DNA of 64,000 nt from Tubiluchus corallicola. Lineage: Eukaryota > Animalia > Priapulida. Of this stretch, positions 35,962 to 50,900 are shown piece after piece. The stretch covers positions 124,001 through 188,000 of the forward strand of contig JAQGDQ010000053.1 of the NCBI GenBank assembly GCA_030141605.1, read 5' to 3'. The translations under genes and the position numbers were made by a program. Numbering within the stretch: position 1 is the stretch's first letter; the number at the start of each line of letters is the position of its first letter. The notes beneath the pieces were generated by a model. The model was given only the letters and a program-made list of their open reading frames with translations. It searched no databases and was not told the DNA's origin.

Positions 35962-38900
35962 ATAACAGTTATCAAACTTCTAGCTCATATGACTGTACAT
36001 AAAACTGTAACAACATTCGACTAGACACATGAATTGAGTAATACAATAGACATCAATAAAGGCGTGTTATGCATGTGTGCAGTGAATTGCATGAGCTTGC
36101 CACAACAGTGCATAACGAAACTTCTCTTTCACTTACACGCTAAGAAAACTCGAGCGAGGCTCTGGGCTCAACATAAAAGTGCGCTCTTGGTCACTAATAC
36201 TAGAACAGTCGCTATGGTGATGACAATCAGACGAGCTTATAGATGGATGGCCAGCCCGCCTTTCATCACAATATGAGCTTATAGACGGGTGCCCAATACG
36301 CTTTTCATTATTATACAACTGAGAAAAACGAGCCTTCATTCTTTGTGTACGATGTGTCAGCCTAAAAGTGAGCATTCAGATGGTAGGGTGTTTAGAAATG
36401 AACAAATAACTGCACCAAAATAAACTATTCAACTAGTATCAAAAAATAGACACCAGTAAAAAATAAATTACTGAAATAAAATACTTTTCTACAGGAAGAA
36501 ACATGTACCAATGTACAAGTACATATCTCACTATTAAGCTAATATAATAAGACAAAACAAACTATTTGTAAGCAATAATAAACATCGTATATAACCCACC
36601 GAGTGAACGACTCGCATGCAGCAATCATTGCTCGTACAGAAGTAGCAATACTTGTGACGACATTCATTTCATTGCGTGCCACGCTGGCTAGACTAGATTT
36701 GGTGGCATTATTAGTCTCTTGCCTTTTATGCTTTAAATAATACGGAATAATAGCCTTCAACACTGTCTGAAAATATGTAACAGTTGAATGACTTGACGAA
36801 ACACATTCACTGAATCAAAGCAATTAAGGCATTCTATTTTCAACTAAAATTGAGCATTTGGGTGTAACTTCTGATAAAATACTAAACAACGTACCAACAT
36901 TTCTAGACACCTGCTAGATTCTGGTGCATATGCAACAACAGTTACACATACAGCTACTGCTTCTACAACACTGTAGTCATTATCATCATTCTCATAGCAG
37001 AAATCCTGTAGAAATAACAACAAAATATGCTATTTGTGCAGATATTGAAAATTTTTTTGAAGGAAAATACTTTGCTAGGCACAAACAACGTCACTATAGT
37101 TTACAGAGTAGGAAAATGTTGATAATGAAGGAAAAACTTATAATTCCGTGAATCTTATGAGTTAAAAAAATTGTTTGGAGTAGAATACAACAACTTCTGC
37201 TTTGGCAGAAAGTAAAATTTACTTTAATCTGATAACCTTAACTCTAAGCAGCAGCATGTACACAAATAAAATACTGCATGTTGTGTCAATGACAAACAAA
37301 ACTGCTTTGCCAGAGAGCAAAATTTGTTTTCTTTATAGCAACTTAAATAAATATCTACACATGGCAGTACTTGTAAGCCACCGAAGTTTTCATTCTGTGT
37401 CATTTCAATGTCAACAACAAAAAATTTTTGCAGTTAACTCTAACTTAGTGACAGAGTAAGTTTTAACTACCTTTAAAAAGATGTTACAATATGCCCAGGT
37501 TCAGTTGTAACTATTATAAAAATAATTAATTTAATAAAAATATTCAAGCTCCACTTTAAAATGAACTTCCCATTTGGAATAGCACTTAACACTTCAGTCA
37601 GCAATTATTAAAACAATACTTTAAACAAACAGTAGTGTTACAAACAAAGCTTATTACTGAATATCAGCAACAATAATAGGCTTAAACATTTACTTTAACA
37701 ATTAAAATATACTAAAACCAAATTAAGTTTTAGTACTTCTAAATTTAATCTTTTTGTATGTACTCTTGTAATGTTAATGTGCAAATTGGAGAGGGATGCC
37801 ATTTTAATTTAAGTAATGCCCAAAAATGACTCATGCTGGCTAGCGGTATGCAAAAACCGAAACATCAAATGGTTGAAGGCATCCAAGAATGGTAGTAATA
37901 TTAATTTCTACTGAAAACCAATAATCAAATCAGTCTTACAACCATCATACCAGTGTTTTCAATGGTTTTTCTCCCGCAACACAGGCTAGAATGTCAAGTG
38001 GATCATTTCTGTTCTTTTCCATTGCCAACAAAAGCTTAAAGAAATACTGAGCTTGAACTTTGTTGGCATCACCTAACTTTGACTCAGTGTCAAGGTCCAA
38101 AATGCCAGCTACACTGCCAAACATCTGAAAGACATCAATGTACTGGTAACATTGTATACTCCGAGAAACACTTCCTATGCTACAAGGTATAGATTATAGA
38201 TCAAGAAGCTTAATGGTAACAAAGTTCAATATTTGGCAATACACAGAAAAACATGGCACAATAACAAAAGCAACAATAACAGAAATAGTACGACTGACTA
38301 GAATGACATTGCGAATGCCTTGCCTGTAGTAAGAATGGCTTTCTGTGTAAGATGTAAAATTGTTGACATGTCCACTCGATAACATTACACAGCAAAGTAT
38401 TGGTTTGGTGGTTGCCATAGATCCGTAGCAGAGTCGGCATAATTAACAAGTACCTAAATAGCAATATTATAAAATTGAAGAGATTCTGACACAAATTTAA
38501 ATTTTAAATTAAGTAAATACATTATGATCAGCAGTGAAATTCAGTTATACTAGTAACTGGATATTAGTTATTGGTAGCTCAGCAAATTTCTTTTTATACT
38601 GCTCACAATTTTTTTATATTGCATTGTTAATTGTTTTATACACAAAGATAAAAATTTACCCATTGCAAGCAAATATAGTCCTGAAATCACGAACGGTATT
38701 AATGAGTGAAGCAACACTAAGTCTCAGCTGTGATGAGTCTTCAGAGTGTAGAATTAAATTTCCATTTACAACACTCACTGCCAGCTGAAGTTCTGTGGCT
38801 GATGTCATTTGTCCAGTTAAGCCTTTGAAGAGTGTGGAAACGAGCTATAAAAGTAAATGATTGCTGCATTCAATTTTGTAGTATGCACACATGCAATGCA

Positions 38901-41900
38901 AAGAAGATCGTGAATTTACTTCTTAATCATAGGAAAAATATAAGTTGTCTTACATTGACCCAAACACGTTTATGCAGTACATCAAGTCCATATAGTTCTT
39001 TTCCTTGTTCTCCATGGTGCATGCCAAAAGACGTATCAAGAGCTTTACGAGGAAATGCCGGCAGTTTTATAAGTTCATCAAACAAAAGTGTTACGCGATT
39101 TTGAACCTGGAAAAACAGATAAGTGTACAATATTAATTTTTATTTTTTCGAATTCAATAATTGGTACAGCCATTGAAAAAATGAGACATATACCTGGTTA
39201 GCTGGACAGCTCTGTATGATTGTATCTGCTAGCAGAACTTTTCCAATTTCCACAAACTTGAGAATGAAAGCCTGCCTTTGAAGATTGCAGAATGCTTCAT
39301 CTGGGTTCATGTGTAGAAGTGTAAGTTCAGGATAGAAAGATCGTCGAAAAAAGTAAAAATCTCGTACATAAGCACTGGGGTTATGCATCTGATCTGTTTT
39401 AAAATAAGAAAACATTAATCAGATAAATGAAGGCTAAAAATAAGTCCTGTGTGCACAATGCAAGAATGTATTTAAATTATCCATGCCCTTGATTGTCATA
39501 CAAATGGAGTTAGCAATTAACAAGGATAATAGAGAAAGATAATGTAGAAGTAAAATATTAATATTTAGTTCTATAATTTTTCTAAAGTACATACGGGTTT
39601 TTGCATCCACCAATACATAAGAGTTTTGTTGATCTTCTTCAATATTAAAGAAATCCAAACTGTCCTGCAGGATCTGACAAAACTGAGTATCCTACATGAA
39701 AATTCTCAAGTTGTCATTAAAGAAACCAAAACTATCTACACATTTACAGTAAAATAAGTTGAGTTACAAATCACAAAATGGTGTACTATTTAAAAAAACC
39801 TTTATAAAAGTTCTAATTTATATTATAAAGGAGGACCTAATTTTTACCTCATGTATAGGAAATTGAGACGGTATGCTAGTCAGATCAGGCCCGTGAACAA
39901 CAATCTTCTTAGCACTTGGTACGTTGGCTGTTAACATTATCATTGCCTGCAACAAAAAAAGCTATTAAAATATTTCTTCAAAGCAAAATACCTAAATTTT
40001 TGTACATGCAAAAACTAAGGCAAATTAACTATGTGCTCCATGATAGAATTAAATAACCAAAGTTTTAGCACATCTAAAGAATTAATGACACACTGGCTGG
40101 ATTACATACAACCAAAAGCAAACAAGTGGGTGGCATATAAATGATGAACACACAAAAAACAACTCACATCACACTGTTCTTTCTTGAGTGTTTGCTTGAG
40201 ATCCTTAAAAAATACGCCTTGCACTGAAGGTACGATCTGCCATAGCAGTGACAACGCGGTGGCTATGGCTTCTTGTCCGCCTTCTACAGGAGATCGTATA
40301 TGGAACATGATGAAGCCAAGCTGTCAGACACAGAAAAATGAATTTATTTTAGACAATTCTGCAACACAATTTAAAACGACCAAACATACTGGTTTAGATT
40401 CCTTCAGAAAGTGTAACCAAGCAGTAGTCAATTTTTATGAGTGTTGAAAGCAACTAGCACAAGTGCTTCTAAAGGGCAGGAGCATGGGCATTGGGGCAAA
40501 AACTATATGGGAAGTGGAAAGGAAGGCTGCATAGCTGCATAGTTTGCATTATTTCCTTTGCATTTCTAAAAAGTGACACATCATTAGTTTTTTAAAATGC
40601 ACCCATAATACAAGTTATTCAAATTGTCCTCTACTAGTTAGTAGCAGTATATTGCTGTTTGTTTATGTGAAATTACTGTGACTGCAATGTGTAAGTATAA
40701 GATTGCCAATTTTTTCACATAGAACTAAATTCTTAATTTCTGGTAGAATACCAAAAACTTCAAGTAGGTAAAATAAATGGAATGATTGAAAGGCTCAAAA
40801 CAAATCACAGCTTACCATATAATTAAAAAGTGCATGTGCAGTATGACCCGGTAACTCTGGCACATGAACCATAAGTTTATGCAACAGCATAGTTAATACA
40901 GGCAGCTTCTCCTTGTTTGTGAGCTTTTCCAAAAAATGCCGGAAAAACAATGGAGGATCATCGACAAGACAATTCCAAACAACCTTGAAAGCCACTTCGG
41001 ATACTGTAAGTTTTAGTGGAAACTTTATAAAAAAAATTACCTGATGAATAAACATGCTATGCAATAAATTATCTAAATTACAATTTTTGTGCATACTACA
41101 CAATGCAAAAAGCATCACAGATATGCCTAAAGCTGAAACCGAGTTTCATAAAATTTAATAATGAGAAAATTACATTTTTTTTAATGTAAGTTAATGTAAC
41201 ATCTAACATGTAATTTTTAAAAATAACAAGTAGTATTAAGGCTATAAATTTAAGTTATTACCTGCTACCCCATCCTCATTGACTTCATGATCTTCCAGCA
41301 AGTGTATAATAGAAATGATAGCAGTGCACAGACAAGAAGGGAATAAAGACTGTGCAAGCTGAATATGATGCATAGGTTGATGCTCAGCTATACGCTCCTC
41401 ATCGCCTATAAAACAATGGAAAGTGCTACATAAGCACAACAGCATTAAAATTTAATGAAAGGTAATACCCATAAAACACTAGCTTATACAGTACCTTCTT
41501 CATGTTCATCTGTAGCTACATGATGTAAACTTGGCTCGTATGAAGCCCTTTGAGGTATTGGAACAGTAGTCATGTGAAATTTCTCTCTTGATTCTCTTTT
41601 CTTTTCATCTTCTGCTTTCAAGGCAAGATGAACTCTCTCTAACTGTTGTTTCCGCCGAGTTTTTGTTGCAGTTAAGTAGGACCTCTACAATCAGTTTCAA
41701 GATGCATTAGTAGCAGGTTAACTAATGTAGTTAGACAACTCAATAAAATCTGCTTTACTAAGTTTCAATAAAGCAGTTACAAATTAGTGGTGTTAACGAT
41801 ACCCATTTAATCAAATAGTCCTAGCAACAGTTATCTACTAAATCCTAGCTGGCACTTACAGGCTTATCAAAGCTGTCATCCTGATTGATGGTCACTTCTT

Positions 41901-44900
41901 CGACCTTCGTCTTAAAATGAGGCATCCAAGGGGGATCAACCACAGTAACTTGAGATATACCAACAGTTGGTGAAGGCATAGTGAAGTCTATATTTGGTGG
42001 TGGTACCTACATTAATGCCAAAGATCTAGTTAGCATAAACCCAAGGAGGGATTATTTAATATTAGGCAACAGAAAAATTCAACCATAGAAGCAATACTAA
42101 GTACCTTAAATATCATGTGGGCACCTTCCTCCATTTGCGACCAACACTGATACCTCATATTCCACAATATTCTGAACCTAAACAAAAAAAATCATATATT
42201 ACATCTCTACCACATATATTTGACAATAACACTAAAATATGTGCTCCATATATTTACCTGAAAACAGCATTGATTCTCTCATTTGCTTCTTCATGTGCAA
42301 GTTCCTTTGTCAAAACTTCTACAGCTGGCTCAGGTGCCTTCACAGCTGCGAGGATAAAAACGGTAGCTGTAAAACAAAAAGTCATTGCGAAAGTTATGAA
42401 GGGATTATATTTATATAAGCATTTATAAACATCATGTATGCAACATAGGCATTTGAAATTTGATTGTGGAATACTACAATGAACGGTTCAAAGCGAACGC
42501 TTGTTTTAATGGTGATATTGGGTATTAAAATGAGCCATTCCTTAATACCCTGGCTCATCAACAAAAATAATGTAGGTGCATAACACTTGTTGTGGTTCTG
42601 AAAATTAAAATTAATGTTTGACCTCACATAAATCATGCAATTTATAGCTTACAATTACACACTGCTTTTATTTTTATTTTATTTTCTGTTTGTATTACTT
42701 ACACCCACCTATCTGCATAACCAGTTACAACCAACAGCCTGAAATATTAATAAATGACGATTTGTGAATGCAGCTACTAAGCCCGCATGTATATGAGTAG
42801 GCTGTGTTAAGCTTTTGCAGGTAGGCATGTGCATTTATCACTCACCAGCAACAAATCATGTTCTTAAATAGAGCCATCAGCCAATGTAGCCTGCCAGCCA
42901 CAAATACATTTGATTTAAAAGACTAAATGCAGCTGATATAAGCTTTCTTCTTGTCATTAAAACCAACTCAGTAAATCAGTAAATCAGAGGTTATTAAGAG
43001 CTGACTTACAAAGTTCCATTTTTGTAAAATGCATATGATTCGTGATTTTAAATAGCTATTAATTACCACACGTCGAAAAGCTTAGCTTTTAATTACCATC
43101 ATCAAAAAGCTTTTTTAAATCACAACAAGGCTTAATGTAATCTTCTTACCGGCAGCTGCTATGAGCTGTTGGTCAGTTTCTAGCAGTAATTCCCACGCAA
43201 CATGGAGTACATCGATGAATTCCTCTTCACTCATAATTACAACAGCTTTAGCAATGATAGAAAATGGTGCATGGAACAGATTCTGCACCTGCAAAATTAT
43301 CAGAAACATCAGAAAACAAACAAGTATTTTAGGAACAAAAATAAAAAGTACTTTAGGAAGAAATAAAACAAATTTATACCATTTAATGACTGTGTGGAAC
43401 GGATTTTGAACTGATATAATTTACTGACTGAATATGATCATGTCAACTTACTTGAGATTTTATATACTTCAAGATCGGTGGTTCCTCTGAAGTACCAGTT
43501 TTTTTCTTACTGGTCATTTTCACCTTCTGTTCTTGCTGTGCAGATTCTTTGTGCATCTGTGTTACTTGCTGCACTTTCTTAGCTAGAAGATCAGCATTTT
43601 TGCGATCTATTGTAGCAGTTAGGAGGGAACTCTCTCGACGTCGTGTAGGTGATCCTGGAGTCATGGTAGAGATCTAAAAAATAACTTGTCAGAAAATCTT
43701 ACAGCACAGTCTATAATCACCAGTAACAATGTGCTGATATAAAAATTGTAATGTGCCAAAAGAAACGGTAAAGCTTACAACTAATTAAAACAATGTACCT
43801 TCCGGTGTAATCTTTCTTTACTTTTTTCTCTTTTTACTTCATCTTTCCTGCTTGTAGAATCCTTGTCAGACAACTTGTCATCAATTTCTTCATTCAGAAA
43901 ATCCTGCAGACATTAAATAATGTAAAATCATGGTTTAAAAGAAAAATAAAAAATTAAAATAAAAAATTAAAAACATTACATTAACAATTAAATTATTGTT
44001 CTCTTGCTGTAAAAATTTTTTAAATTACTGCACCTTCTCAATCATGAATAAAATAATAAGTATTAGAATCTTAATATGAAGATTATTATTAATATTATAA
44101 ACTCCACAATTAATTAAATTTTGATACCAAACTTAGAAACAGGAAACATAAAAAAGTTGCTTTAAGCAGAACGTCCCTGTTTCAAATCCAGCTCCATCCC
44201 AACTTTTTTGCATTTCCTGTTTTTCAAATTTGGGATTTGTGTAAAATAATTGTGGGATTATAACATCAAGTATCTGAAATGTATCAGAGAGATAGAGTCA
44301 ATTAATTGAAATGAATATTGCAGTAGCAGCAGTTATTCGTAATATGTTTGGTGAAAAATACACTTTATTTACCTCGCCATACAGTTTCCGACAAGCATGA
44401 ATAAGTCGGATACAACTTCTAGACTGTCTCTTGTAGCAGTCTGGGTGACAAGCATACTGATGAGGACAAGCAAAACTCACTGTGTTGGTTACCTGGATGA
44501 TTACCTAATAAGCATAACAACAACAGCTTGACACATATAGCTATTTGTTTCCAAAAACATTAATCAACACATAGTGAAGTAAATCATATGTAAACATAGT
44601 ATCAGTAAAGCAAACCTTGATCCAAGGCATTTTATTTCCATATTCTTGTTCTTCTTGTTCTTGCTGTGTAGCCATATCACCTTGAGTTGCAGGACTGTCT
44701 GCTGTTTCATCACTTAACAACCCCGGAGACTCAGGCCTGTCTTCACCGGAGTGATCTTCATTACTGTTGTCTGAACGATCAGAATGAGCCATGCTGACCT
44801 TACGTGACTTTATGCTCTCTGTTCGACGGAAAGCTGAAAGGAAGCATAGACCATTTCTTTAAACAACAAATCATACAAATTAACAAAAGTTTACTATTAC

Positions 44901-47900
44901 GATCACAAAAACAAAATATCTTTTGTTATACGTTGAAGTATATAATGATGAACCAGCAATTAAATACTTTTCATATTTCATTTTAGTATTGTAACACGCT
45001 TTCTGCAACCGCGTCCTTTTGATATAATCTTGTGTAAGAAAACTTGCAGGGGTGCCACAATGTGAGAAAGCACTGTGTGAATGCTTAATGCTAAGCAAAA
45101 CGGCAAATTAAAAATAGTCCTAGTAAGAAAAACATTTTCAGCTTCTTGCAGACAACACAAAACCCTCATGAAGACTTGTCATGAAGTATGAAATTGCTCA
45201 CAGAGGTAGCAAAGGTGCACTAATCATTACAATTATACTCATAACTGGCAAACATTGTGTTTTTGCAATGTATGTATAACAGGTTCTCATTCTTTAGTTT
45301 TTTCAGTGCACGTTTTTTAAAGGACTCAAAATTGCTGTCTAAAATTGCTCAAAAACTTACATCCTAGTGGAATGAGTCCTTCTTCAAATGCATCCGTATC
45401 TTTATCATCAGCTTTTTTCTTACGGAGTCGCAAACTTCTGCGCCGAAAACTGCTCGCCTTCTGATCACTTGGACCTGATGTGCTGCCACCATGATGACGC
45501 CTTAACAACTTCTGTCGACTCTGTGCTACTCTGCGAGCTGCATAAAAGACCCATTCAACAAAAAATGCACAGAAAAGCCACCGAAAGCTGCATTTCATTC
45601 AGTGTACTCAAACTCAACAATTTCCACAACACTTTCCAAAGATTTTCAATAAAATGCATGAGATTACTTGTACTAAGCATTAGCAAGTACAACAAGTATT
45701 AAATATGTTATGCTAAACCATGGTGAGGTACATTATAGACCCAATTTATTTAGTACTTTTATTTTTTGCTAACCAATGAGAAAGTTAATAAAAGAACAAG
45801 TGCATGGAAAACGTCAATAAACAGGGTGCTAATCTATAATGTTAGAAGTCAAACAGAAACCATAGCTTTCCACCAATAACCCGACAAATAAAGTAAATAG
45901 AAGTATAAAATGTATAATGAAATTCATATTTGCTATAAATTAAATCATCCAAAAATTTTATAATGCGAACAATGCATGTCATGTCAAAGCCAAAAGCTGC
46001 AAAGTAGATTGTTGACAATCATAGTTTCAATGCATTGCCGTTGCATTCTTTGCATGCCACCGTGAAAATTATAAAATAAGCGAAAAATGGTCAATATGAC
46101 CATAAAACGAAGGACAAAGGTTGTCTATATTGGTATCAATAGTAAAACTTTGTGATTGACGCTTGTACAGAAGCAAAAAGCACAATAAAAGGCAGATAAG
46201 GAAATGCTTGTTGAGAAATGCAGGGACTAACAAATATAGGCAGTGGAGAAATGTATATTGACTTCATGTATAAACACCATCACAAAGTTTACAAGCTCAA
46301 AAACTTATCCAGTAAAATGTCAGCAATCGAAAATACCAGAGTGTAAGAGACAGACTATAAAAGCCGAGAAATATAAGTCTAACCACGGTGATCACGAAGA
46401 GTGCAAGTATAGACCTACGGCGAAAATCGTGTGATAAAGTGTGAGAATGAGAACAGTGATGTTCTCTGCTCACCTGCCAAACGCCACAAGCCAGCAGCAG
46501 GTACAGGATGAGCACCTGCTGCAGACGAGGGCATGTGCCCAGACGTCGCTGGACCTGTAGCACAAACAGCAATAAAATTTGTGTTAATTTACTATATGAC
46601 TTTGAAAACAAATGGAAATTTGTCTCAATTACATATTATGGATGACTGATGAGGGTCAACAGAGAAGATTAGTTAATAATGCGTTAGTAATGATTGTTAA
46701 TATAATAATTAAAATTTTATTTACCCATAAGGCACAGTCATGGCCATCTTATTAATGCACTAGTGAAAAATCTTATGTGTTTGCAAGTTGTTTCGCTTGT
46801 CTTGTATTTTAACCCTTGCATGTGATTGCACTTTTAATCAAAAAGCTTTCCACAAAAAGTTTGTAGTGAGTTCTGCTCAAGGAGAGAACTGCTGCTTAGA
46901 ACAGGATTTGTAGAAATTAGTGACAAATAAGTAGGCTAAAAGGTATAGATATGTCAAAATGTATTGCCTGACCTAAAAAAATCATAGGCAGTTGTGTGCT
47001 GCTTCCTACGGCAAGAGTTATTTAAAGTAACATTGTTCTATACTGTTAATAAACAAGAAATATAAATGTTTTAATTTCTGAAAGTACATGCTTTGAAAAT
47101 TCAAATCCAATTATCAACGAGGGAAACTGACTGCTTTGTGATAAAACAAGTTATATTTCAGAATTGTAAAAAAGCAAAACAATTCACCTCTATTGCTTTC
47201 TCCAGGTTGCTGCTCCTCTTCCGGCACCATTAACGTAGTGTTACTGCTATGGATGCTATCATTATCATTATCATGGCCACCAATCAAGCTGCCTAAGCCA
47301 GGTACACCGGTGACCATAAAACTGATTCTTCTTTCCCCGTGACCAGCTGCTACAAGAAAAAAATAAACTGTAGATCAAAAGTGATGATGGCAAGAATGAT
47401 TTCAAAAAAGAAAGAGGAATGACCAGCAAAAGCCAACTGAGAATTGTACTAGCATTATACTGAACCAACTGTAGATGCACATGAAAAACAGCTTTATCAA
47501 AGAGGCATTTTCTTATAATATTTGCTATTTCAAACTAACTGATGAGCAACACTGACTCGTGTATGATGCAGCACCATAACAGAATATGCCAGTAATCGAT
47601 AATTGCATAAAATTTCGATTAAAGTGATAAATCATATTTTTTGTCATTTACCTGTTTTTTTTTGCTTAATTATGGAGAGTAATTTTAATAATGCTATAAA
47701 AGCATTTATTACTGTGTGAAGTTATTCTTGAGGATCAAGAATGAGTACGTTTGCATAACAATTTAGGATGAAAACCATACCAAACAAACTGTATTAACCA
47801 GTAGAAAATCGTTCTGAATTCAATAATTTGAAATACATATTAATACACATCAGTACAGCTGAGTCATATAAATGTTTGAAATACCTGGAGGTCCATCTAC

Positions 47901-50900
47901 TAATGATGATATGCTGTGAGTAGACATTTGAGACTGACCCATACTGCTAAGCACGCTACTACAACGACGTTGGTTTAGGTTCCTCTCCCAGGGATACTCT
48001 CGACGTTGCATCTTAGCTTTCGGAAGGAACTGGTAAGTCTCGCGTAGAAACGTGGTTATTTCTAATAATAACTGACAAGCTATTACCTTTAGTGCAAATG
48101 GACATTCGTTCCCAGGAGGGTTCACAGTCGCTGAAATAAAATAATTCTTTTAACCCTAAGCAATTTTTTAAATTGTCTTTTGGCTTACTGAATTGTCCCA
48201 AGAACAAAACTTTGGAAGTAAAAGGTCATTTTTGTAAAGTACTGAATATGGTGGATTTGGTTTCGAGTGTATCACTCCAAATGGGACAAATAGAGTATTT
48301 TTATGTCCATGATATGACTATGATAATGTCTATGATAATAAACAGGTTACTGAGCAAAGTAAATTACAACAACACCAAAATTAATGTAAATTCATAAGTC
48401 TGCAATTAGGCTTGTTATTCACATATCCTGAATCTCCATTTCATGAGCATCATTTTGATACCAAGCTCATGGTTCTATGTTATTTCTAAGCTGAGATAAT
48501 CCACGTTAAAGTTGAGGTGCATGCTTCCACGAGCTACAATCGGAGTTTGGATGTACAAGTTTTTTACAATTGCAGTGCTAGTTTCTAGACAGAAAAGTGG
48601 GTAAGGAGTCATGAAATTAAATTTTTAGTATTTTTTGGACAGTTTCCTGATAATATGACGATGGAATATAAAAGTCCAATATATTTAGCAAATGTTTTCA
48701 TAAAAAATAAAAAATCGAAATTTGGCCAAACTTTTGGTGTTTTCTACTTTAAGCATCAGAACGTAGTTTTAACTATGCGGACTTATGGACGGTTTTGGTT
48801 TGCAAGCACACTAATAGTCAAAATACAAAACAAAAAGGTCAAAGAATTTGTTAATCACAATATACTTCAAGATTGTGAAAGCTTTGGAAATAAGAAAACT
48901 ATACTACCATCGTCAAGGAAATTCTCTTCATCGTCCTGAACGCGGTAAATACGGCGTTTGTTTTCATCATATACTTCATTAACAACAGTACCAACAGAAT
49001 GATCTTCTGATGCAAGAATCTCTTCTAAGCGACATCCAATCGCCTAATTATCAAAACATGAGCAATTTTAACAAAAGCTAAAACATAATACATACAAAGC
49101 TATCTTTAATACAACACCACCATATGAGTTAGCTATAAACTGCTAATAAAACTAACAATAGATAAATGCTTTTAACAGCCTAATCTGCAGTATACTTTCA
49201 GTAAAAATGAACTTACTTTAACATAATTGTCTATACATGAGAAGTTATATCTTTAACATCCTTTGTTTAGGACTATGGTACAGTATAAAATGTTTAATTT
49301 AACTGTTCAAAATTGATAAAATGAATTCAAACCTCAGCCCACAGGTAGAACATTCTACCAGCTGCTTTTTGCAGGATTGTGGTTCGACGAAAACCAGACG
49401 GTTGCCCGCGATTATGCAATGGAAACCCTGACGGTCGAAACACGGGAATATGAAGCTTCATCCAGTCCGGCCAATTACCTTTGTTACATCGATAAACAAA
49501 GTAAGCACACTCCAGTAATAATGCCGCCCTGGCTACTACTGGTGCTTCCTGCAATAGTTTTAATAAAAACACAGTACAAGATCAAAAACAAAAGCAAAAG
49601 GAAATTCCATGTCCAGCAAGCAAACTGAAATGTAATACTGCAAGAATTGCATGCTGAACTAGAATTACCAAGTGCACTTGTTAAATATTTTGGAATTTAA
49701 TGCGATACACTACTCATTAGTATCGCTAATAATAATAATAATAGTACTACTAAAAGAAAAATTTCCCATTCAGTTGTTATATGCATACATATTAGTCAGA
49801 TACTTTTACAATAGCTTGTGTAATGTCAGCACTATTTCTTGAGGTACTACTTAACACGTTTTCACGGCATGAGAAATTGACTCAATTTAAAACAGTGCAA
49901 AAATAGCAGAAATTTGATCTTATATGTAAGCTACTAAAGTGTTTTCAAAATTTGTCTCAAAGTACTAACCAAATCTAGTACAGCTGCAATAAGCTGTGGA
50001 TCCGGAATTGATCCCGGTTGACACGTTTCCAGCAAAAACGAAAATCGGACCATGCCTGCTTCAACAGCAGTGGTATTTATCAACTTTTTTTCTTTGATTA
50101 TAGCATCAGATGAACCGTCATCAATACCAAGAGGTCCTTTGTTACCTGGATCTTTACAAGGAAAAGTGAAGGTAAAAGTATCAGAAAAAATACATTTGAA
50201 CAAACAAAAACAGAAAAAAGTAACATTCTTGCAAATAGCATATGACAGATAATAAGTATACAATTATACAATACAGATTTATAAAAACTGGTCAACGATT
50301 TAGTTTATTCATTTTGACAAAATCCAAACATGTAAAAACAACTGTATCAGATATACCGACTGTACTACATCAAATCATCTTACTAAGCACTATCAATTAC
50401 GGATTGGTTTCCAAGAGTTCTACAATATCTTCAATTGCAAGTAAAACTACATATTTAAACCCATTTAAAATTCAAAACCTTTGCAAGAAACAGGCAATAT
50501 GTCAGCACTAATTCATGATTACAGCATTAGGAAACAATGTTTTCAAACACTAATATCAAAAAACTATATCTGATAAACAGGTGCAATAAACATACAATAA
50601 GTGGAACATATAAAACTGGTAGAAAAATCAACAAAATCAAACATAATGTCAGACTATACACATACGGCAACTGCTTTATAACATATAACATAATGCCTAA
50701 AGCTTGGTCTTCATTTTTGCACGCAATGTTACGTTTTTATCAAGCAGCACACTACTATGTAAATATCATTAGTTTGCAAAGCTTGGCTAACTCTGAAAAA
50801 CGACCAAATTGCAATCCTATTGTCTCACTAAAATATAAATGTAATTATCAATAAGCTTGCTTCTATGCACTGCAATCTATGGACATTTCCGGACAACTAT

